The translations under genes were made by a program, and so were the position numbers. From NCBI GenBank assembly GCA_903944135.1, contig CAJAQL010000006.1, forward strand, positions 9,425 through 73,424: DNA of 64,000 bases. Direction: 5' to 3'. Below, piece after piece: positions 58,790 through 64,000 of the stretch; position 1 is the first letter of the stretch, and each line of letters starts with the position of its first letter. Origin of the DNA: an uncultured Parcubacteria group bacterium (GTDB lineage: Bacteria > Patescibacteriota > Minisyncoccia > UBA6257 > 2-01-FULL-56-20). The notes under the pieces were generated by a model. That model made no database searches. It saw only the letters and a list, made by a program, of their open reading frames with translations, and was not told the DNA's origin.

Positions 58790-58934
58790 CGTTTATTTTT
58801 AAATAAACGTCACAATAGAAATTAATGTCGGGTTTATGATGGCCGTAATGAAATGATTACGGTCATTTTCATTGCACGGTGGCAAAGAAATCGTCATTAG
58901 CCCTCCACCGTGCTAGTGACGATTTCTTTATCTC

Positions 58935-59093
58935 ATGATCGGCACCGAACCCACTATGCTTTCTCTTGGACAATTAAGAGCTATTGATACAGAAAACGAA
59001 CTCTCGGATGAGGAGCTTCTTGAGCTACGCGACGCACTCGACCCTATTCTCGAAAGAATCCTTAATCGCTATTTCAATAGCATATTAGAATAG
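58935..59093 (+). CDS. 52-aa acidic helical protein (not in ORF track)
   Basis: MIGTEPTMLSLGQLRAIDTENELSDEELLELRDALDPILERILNRYFNSILE. Confidence 0.55.
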   Translation: MIGTEPTMLSLGQLRAIDTENELSDEELLELRDALDPILERILNRYFNSILE

Positions 59094-59133
59094 GCCTCTT
59101 GCTATGGTATAACTAAGCGGTTAGAATAAAGAC

Positions 59134-59286
59134 ATGGACAAAGAGACGATCAGTAAGGTTATGCGGGAAATGGGGCGGCGCGGAGGGCTTGCGTCCGTAA
59201 ATGCTCGTAAGAAAAGCGGGAAGATGAAGGAGTGGTCTCAAAACGCTATAAAAGCTCGCCGCCGAAAAAAGAATAAAAAAGCATGA
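59134..59286 (+). CDS. 50-aa basic protein with MGRRGG motif (not in ORF track)
   Basis: MDKETISKVMREMGRRGGLASVNARKKSGKMKEWSQNAIKARRRKKNKKA; ATGA overlap with recombinase; TAGAAT 6 nt upstream. Confidence 0.6.
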   Translation: MDKETISKVMREMGRRGGLASVNARKKSGKMKEWSQNAIKARRRKKNKKA

Positions 59287-60863
59287 GCGAACTCAACGCC
59301 ATAATTTACTGCCGCGTCTCGTCGGAACGACAAAAGAACGAGGGTCACGGTCTCGACGGCCAAGAGCAACGTTGCCGTCTCTATTGCGGGCAAAAGCAAT
59401 ACAAAGTTGAGCGGGTCTTTAAGGACAGCTTCACAGGAGGCGGAGATTTTATGGAACGTCCGGCGATGGGAGACCTACTCGCCTACCTCGACAAGCATCC
59501 GCATCGGGATAATTACGTCGTCGTTTTTGATGACCTCAAGCGATTTGCCCGCGACACCGTTTTCCATTTGAAGCTCCGCCGCGAATTTAAGGCGCGGGGC
59601 GTTAAAGTGGAATGCCTTAATTACAAATTCGATGAATCCGAGGAAGGCGAGTTCATCGAAACCGTTTTAGCCGCACAGGGCGAGCTTGAGCGGAAGCAGA
59701 ATCGCCGCCAAGTAATTCAGAAGCAGAAAGCGCGTCTTGAGGCGGGCTATTGGCCTTTTTGCCCGCCGCCAGGCTATCGTCAGCCCAAAACAATGGCCCA
59801 TGGGAAGCTACTTACACCACACGAGCCAGAAGCGACGATGATAAGAATGGCCCTCGAAGGATTTGCGACAGATCGCTTCGAGACACAGGCGGATATGGCT
59901 CACTATTTGGGAGAACAAAATTTCGTCGGCAAAAGCAGAGTTCCCTTCCAGTTGGCGAATCGCTTATTGGCACGAGTTTGGATATATGCCGGATTTATCC
60001 AATATGAACCATGGGAAGTAATGAGGCGAGAAGGTCATCATCAGCCCCTCATTGACTTAGCGACCTATCACAAGATTTTGCGAAAACTCGAAGGTCGTAG
60101 CCCCATAAGGACAAGGGCGGATATGCGTGAGGATTTTCCTTTGCGCCACACCCGTATCGTCTGTAGTAACGGCCATCCTCTTACAGCCTCGTACACGACC
60201 AAAAAGAAGGGCTATAGGAAGCCTTATTATCGTTGTTCTAATAGGACTTGCCCCGAACATACCAAAAGCATCCCTGCTGAGCTTATATTGGCGCAATTCA
60301 AGGCTATGTTGCAGGAAATTCGCCCAAAGCCCCTTATTCTTAAAATCAGCGAAGCGATGCTCTATGAAAAATGGGAACGGCGCGTGGCCGAACGAGCCAA
60401 TAACGAAAAAAGGGAGGTTGGTGAAATTATAGGGATTCAAACGGAGATACGCGACCTCTCAAAGCTTGCACGAAAGGCAAGTAGTGAGCGCGTCCGGCGA
60501 GAGTATGAAAAGCAGATTGAGGAGCTTGCGGCGAAAGAGGAAAAATTAACAGAGAAAAACGATCCGGTGAAGAAGCCGAAAATCGAGTTTAGAACCGCTC
60601 TACAAATGGTGTTTGATTATCTAAAAGACCCATATACCAAGTGGGTTGAGGGCGATTTGAGCGAAAAAAATCTAGTGCTAAACCTCGTTTTTGAGGGTCT
60701 CGTTTTCTATGACCGAGGATTTGGATTTAGAACCGCTCCTTTGTGCCTTCCCTTAAGGGTTTTTGAGCATTTTACTACCTCTAAATTACAGGGTGTGGAG
60801 ACGGGCGGAATCGAACCGCCGTCTAGTAATGAAGCCAATGAGCCGTCTACGGGTGTAGTTTAA
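59283..60863 (+). CDS. Large serine recombinase (integrase)
   Basis: IYCRVSS catalytic motif, DDLKRFARD, P.GY, H.PLID, zinc ribbon YYRC...C, coiled coil; last 22 codons read antisense into tmRNA. Confidence 0.92.
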   Translation: MSELNAIIYCRVSSERQKNEGHGLDGQEQRCRLYCGQKQYKVERVFKDSFTGGGDFMERPAMGDLLAYLDKHPHRDNYVVVFDDLKRFARDTVFHLKLRREFKARGVKVECLNYKFDESEEGEFIETVLAAQGELERKQNRRQVIQKQKARLEAGYWPFCPPPGYRQPKTMAHGKLLTPHEPEATMIRMALEGFATDRFETQADMAHYLGEQNFVGKSRVPFQLANRLLARVWIYAGFIQYEPWEVMRREGHHQPLIDLATYHKILRKLEGRSPIRTRADMREDFPLRHTRIVCSNGHPLTASYTTKKKGYRKPYYRCSNRTCPEHTKSIPAELILAQFKAMLQEIRPKPLILKISEAMLYEKWERRVAERANNEKREVGEIIGIQTEIRDLSKLARKASSERVRREYEKQIEELAAKEEKLTEKNDPVKKPKIEFRTALQMVFDYLKDPYTKWVEGDLSEKNLVLNLVFEGLVFYDRGFGFRTAPLCLPLRVFEHFTTSKLQGVETGGIEPPSSNEANEPSTGVV

Positions 60864-61122
60864 CGAAAGTTAGACAGGTTTTGATCCGTAAGTGTCGCGC
60901 CAACCACAGGATCGTCGAATGGCGTTAAGTTCCCTTATATAAGACCGGCGATGGACCCAAGGAACCCGGATCCGCCGATCCCGACGTCGGTCAGCCGATT
61001 AGGCAAACGCGAACGCCGGAAGCTGCAACTTTTGTGTTGGCAGTTTAAATGATGCGACAAGTACGTCGTCGCCCACGACCCGCAAGCTCATGGAACATCA
61101 CTATCGAAGCCAGTGCGTCCCC
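60796..61122 (-). ncRNA. ssrA: Transfer-messenger RNA
   Basis: GGGGACG/CGTCTCC-A acceptor stem with G3.U wobble, GGTTCGATTCC T-arm, internal tag-like reading ending AFAFA*. Confidence 0.9.
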
Positions 61123-61215
61123 AAATTGCGCTTTCGCGCCGAATATAGAATAACATAAAAATACAAGAAAAGCAATATTCCTGTTGTTCCGTTGCAAAAC
61201 AGAATCTAAAAAGCC

Positions 61216-61242
61216 TGGATCCCCGCTTTCGCGGGGATGACA
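61216..61242. repeat. TGTC-tagged palindromic repeat
   Basis: TGGATCCCCGCTTTCGCGGGGATGACA. Confidence 0.75.
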
Positions 61243-61265
61243 GAGGGAAAATAATAAAGCAAAAA

Positions 61266-61826
61266 TTATTTTCCCTCTGTCACTTTCTCCACATCCGCGC
61301 GCTTCAAAAGCTCGGTCTGCAAGGATTCGGCAAGTTCGCGATCGATGGCCGGGAAGATGCCTTCCGAGGTATCCTCTTCACCTTCTTTTGCTTCTTCATG
61401 GCCGGCTGTAAGGATCGCGAGGCGCGCTACGCCCCAGATGCGATCCGAAATACCCTGTTCAATGTCCACATCCTGGATCTGCCGATACGGTATGGAGATC
61501 TCTTCTTTACTGAGGATCCCCCGCCGGATCTTCAATGCGTCGTCACTGAGCATGAATACATAGTTCACATAGGTAAGATAGGTGATGAAAAACGTAAGAA
61601 CAAACGTAAGAACAAATAAAGCCCATACTCCGAAAACGATAAAAATGCTCCATGGGGCGAAGGGTGTTTTCGCAAAAATCCCGCTCCCCTGCGCGATGGC
61701 GAGAAAAACAGCTCCGATGAAGATAATAATGCTCGGCGCGATCTGTTGGGAGATAAAAAGCAGGAACGTCTTATGTCCAAGTTTCTGATAAACGGAAGAA
61801 GGCGCGACGGCCAGCGTTGTTTCCAT
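61266..61826 (-). CDS. Membrane protein with bacterial PH (bPH_2) domain
   Basis: Two TM; RGIL.K.E.SIPY.QIQDV.I.QG...R..G.A.L.I.TAG. Confidence 0.8.
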   Translation of the reverse strand: METTLAVAPSSVYQKLGHKTFLLFISQQIAPSIIIFIGAVFLAIAQGSGIFAKTPFAPWSIFIVFGVWALFVLTFVLTFFITYLTYVNYVFMLSDDALKIRRGILSKEEISIPYRQIQDVDIEQGISDRIWGVARLAILTAGHEEAKEGEEDTSEGIFPAIDRELAESLQTELLKRADVEKVTEGK

Positions 61827-61857
61827 GGATTCAGTATAACATAAAAGATATCCCCTC

Positions 61858-61960
61858 TGTCATTCTGAGCAATAACGAAGAATCCTGCATTCGTCCGAAA
61901 AAATGATCTCTCGCGATATTCCCATCTTCGCTGAAACTACGATGGGCAGGCGGAATGACA
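61858..61960. repeat. TGTCAT/ATGACA-bounded palindromic repeat
   Basis: TGTCATTCTGAGC..GAAGAATCC ... GCGGAATGACA. Confidence 0.55.
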
Positions 61961-61990
61961 GACCTATATTCTTCATGCTATAATGGCCTC

Positions 61991-62557
61991 ATGCCCCCCA
62001 TGAACAACAATCGATTTCAGCGTCGGCCGATGCCGATCTTACCGCCGCGGCCGCTCATGAACCATCAGATCACCGCACTGGAACTTCGCGTGGTCGGTGA
62101 GAACGGCGAAAATCTCGGCGTCATTAGCCGCGATCAGGCGATCGCTTTAACAAGGCCCGAAGAAGGTATTGATCTTATCCTGATCGCTCCCGCGGCGAAA
62201 CCGCCGGTTGCGCGCATCATGAGCTATGACAAGTTCCGGTACGAAGAAGCGAAGCGCGAGAAGAAAGAAAAGGCAGCCCAGAAGAGCGCCGAAATGAAGC
62301 ATGTGCAGATCACGGTTCGTGCCGCACAGAACGATCTCATGGTGAAAGTCCGCCAGGCGGAAAAGTTTTTTGCCGAAGGGCATCCGATCGAAGTGGTGCT
62401 CCGGCTCCGCGGCCGCGAAAAACGGAACAAGGACTTAGCGATGGAGAAGCTGAAAGAATTCCTGAAAATGCTTCCCACAGAACACCGCGAGCTCCATCCC
62501 CCGCGCTTCGGACAGAACGGCCCGAGCGTCCAGATCGCCAAGATCATAAAAAGCTAA
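61991..62557 (+). CDS. infC: Translation initiation factor IF-3
   Basis: N.QI...ELRV, LG, DLILI.P.AKPPVARIM.Y.KFRYE, LRGRE; precedes rpmI-rplT. Confidence 0.9.
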   Translation: MPPMNNNRFQRRPMPILPPRPLMNHQITALELRVVGENGENLGVISRDQAIALTRPEEGIDLILIAPAAKPPVARIMSYDKFRYEEAKREKKEKAAQKSAEMKHVQITVRAAQNDLMVKVRQAEKFFAEGHPIEVVLRLRGREKRNKDLAMEKLKEFLKMLPTEHRELHPPRFGQNGPSVQIAKIIKS

Positions 62558-62585
62558 GACGGATTCCAGAACCAGAAAAAGAAAC

Positions 62586-62612
62586 CCGGGTCCCTGCTTC
62601 CGCGGGACGACA
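62586..62612. repeat. Degenerate TGTC-tagged palindromic repeat
   Basis: CGGGTCCCTGCTTCCGCGGGACGACA. Confidence 0.55.
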
Positions 62613-62682
62613 ATAAACCCATTGCAAAAAAAGCGGCTATCCTGTATACTCAACTTCGTTATTTAAACCATCATTTCTTATC

Positions 62683-62856
62683 ATGTCTTTTTCGAAAGCT
62701 TTGGCGAAACGCGTGAAGATCACGAAGAACGGTAAAGTCGTCCGCCGCCCCATGGCCGTGGACCATTTCCGCACGCGCAAGAACGCACGAAAGATCCAGA
62801 GCAAGCGCAAAACGCTTTCGCTCGACTATCCGATGAAAAAGATAATCAACTACTAA
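62683..62856 (+). CDS. rpmI: 50S ribosomal protein L35 (not in ORF track)
   Basis: MSFSKALAKRVKITKNGKVVRRPMAVDHFRTRK...; lies between infC and rplT. Confidence 0.85.
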   Translation: MSFSKALAKRVKITKNGKVVRRPMAVDHFRTRKNARKIQSKRKTLSLDYPMKKIINY

Positions 62857-62857
62857 C

Positions 62858-63202
62858 ATGCCGAGAGTAAAACGAGGAGTCAATGCTTTAAAGCATCGCA
62901 ATAAAACATTAAAGTACGCGAAGGGTTTTTCTTGGGGCCGCAGTACGAAAGAACGAGCCGCCAAGGAAGCTCTGCTTCATGCATGGAGCCACGCCTTCCG
63001 CGGACGCAAGGAGAAAAAGCGGACTGCCCGCCGCGTCTGGAGCGTAAAGATCAATGCCGCAGCAAGAGAAGAAAGCATCTCTTACAGCAAATTGATCGCC
63101 GCACTTAAGAAGAAAAAAGTAACGCTCGACCGAAAGATCCTCGCAGATCTCGCCGAGAACGAACCGAAAGTGTTCAAAAAAGTTCTCGAAGCCGTAAAAT
63201 AA
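62858..63202 (+). CDS. rplT: 50S ribosomal protein L20
   Basis: MPRVKRGV, AKGF, R..KKR..R..W..KINAAAR, LDRKILADLA. Confidence 0.95.
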   Translation: MPRVKRGVNALKHRNKTLKYAKGFSWGRSTKERAAKEALLHAWSHAFRGRKEKKRTARRVWSVKINAAAREESISYSKLIAALKKKKVTLDRKILADLAENEPKVFKKVLEAVK

Positions 63203-63215
63203 GAATCTATCAGAT

Positions 63216-63246
63216 TAAAAAATCCGCAGAAATGCGGATTTTTTAA
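63216..63246. terminator. Bidirectional terminator
   Basis: TTAAAAAATCCGCA-GAAA-TGCGGATTTTTTAA. Confidence 0.75.
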
Positions 63247-63286
63247 TGTCGCCTGACTGCGCTAAAAAAATAAGCTTTTGTCGAAA

Positions 63287-63832
63287 CTATTGCGGATTTT
63301 TTATTTTCTCTTCCTTCTCGGAATGTTCCTGCTCTTTTCTTTCTAAGGGACGATGCTGATACCGTTTGCGGCGTTCAGCAAGGAACAGATTTGCCTGTCG
63401 CAACACTTTGCGCGTATCCTCATACTTCTTTCCGATAACATTCGACGCGTCGCGCGGCAAAAACCAGCCATAGCCGCTGTGTTCGCGCGGTTCGATCCGT
63501 ATCTCCGCCTTGCGCGTCTCGGCAAGGAACAAAATGACCGTATCGAATATCCTTTCGTCTCCGACCTGAAAATGAAACCGTTCATAAGCGCGGAAATTCG
63601 GGACGATATGAAGTTCGGACTTTTTGATGCCGGTCTCTTCCTCGAGTTCCCGGAGCGCCGTATCGATCGTCCGTTCACCGGGTTCGAAATGACCCTTCGG
63701 AAAATTCCAGTAGCTCCCGCGGCGATACAGCAGAAGAAACTTCACACCCTCGGTCGTACGGCGGTAGATCACAAAACCGGCAACGACCTGCTTTTTCATG
63801 GATAGTTTCTCGCGCGGAGCTTCATCTTTCAT
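63287..63832 (-). CDS. NUDIX hydrolase (Ap4A hydrolase-like)
   Basis: AG.VIYR, FLLL, W.FPKGH.E.GE...TALRELEEETGI, EH..Y.W. Confidence 0.85.
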   Translation of the reverse strand: MKDEAPREKLSMKKQVVAGFVIYRRTTEGVKFLLLYRRGSYWNFPKGHFEPGERTIDTALRELEEETGIKKSELHIVPNFRAYERFHFQVGDERIFDTVILFLAETRKAEIRIEPREHSGYGWFLPRDASNVIGKKYEDTRKVLRQANLFLAERRKRYQHRPLERKEQEHSEKEEKIKNPQ

Positions 63833-63950
63833 TGGTCTTATTGTAACATGCCGCCCCTGGCCCGGTCGAGGAAGCCTATTTTCAAGGAAAATAACAAAGC
63901 ACGAATGGTCCGTCTTCACGGACCACGACAATAAAGCTCGGCAGGGAGCT

Positions 63951-63998
63951 TTATTGTCGTTTCTTCAAAAACTTCAACATTTTCTCGAGCGGCCACGC
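63951..63998 (-). CDS. 3' end of a gene entering from beyond the window
   Basis: Frame ...AWPLEKMLKFLKKRQ* whose stop lies within hairpin 63927-63958. Confidence 0.4.
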   Translation of the reverse strand, partial: AWPLEKMLKFLKKRQ

Positions 63999-64000
63999 AT

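Larger units (their letters stand above)
53883..60801. mobile_element. Serine-recombinase integrative element (~6.9 kb) at tmRNA 3' end
   Basis: Core GTGGAGA(T/C)GG at 53883 and 60795; recombinase at right end; visibly AT-richer accessory genes inside. Confidence 0.8.

Noticed and set aside
114-63805. Numerous antisense or alternate-frame ORFs in the six-frame track
   Set aside because: They overlap well-supported genes, lack motifs and start signals, and are expected shadows of codon bias

Overview
This is chromosomal DNA of a small-genome bacterium, most likely Patescibacteria/CPR (Parcubacteria-like). That call is inferred from the dense informational genes, the near-absence of biosynthetic genes and the RNHCP-thpR-S41-rplI-uppS block. 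Housekeeping genes include obgE, tdk, a DEAD-box helicase, sod, def/fmt, rplI, uppS, rpmA, typA, dnaB, cysS, murC, rseP, frr, lexA and infC-rpmI-rplT, plus tRNA-Gln(TTG), tRNA-Thr(GGT) and tmRNA. Notable structure: (1) a ~6.9 kb element integrated at the tmRNA 3' end, whose large serine recombinase gene is cut by its own att site, so the integrated and excised forms would have different C-termini; (2) a tandem pair of expression cassettes (37665-38419) with near-identical promoters and terminators around unrelated orphan ORFs, plus about nine dispersed orphan cassettes of similar design; (3) a split in translation signals, with many resident genes looking leaderless (-10 box, 6 nt, ATG) while orphan cassettes carry strong Shine-Dalgarno sites; (4) candidate structured RNAs and a tmRNA tag that appears one base out of frame; (5) a dispersed TGTCAT/ATGACA-tagged palindromic repeat family. 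All product calls come from motif recognition by eye; no database searches were run.
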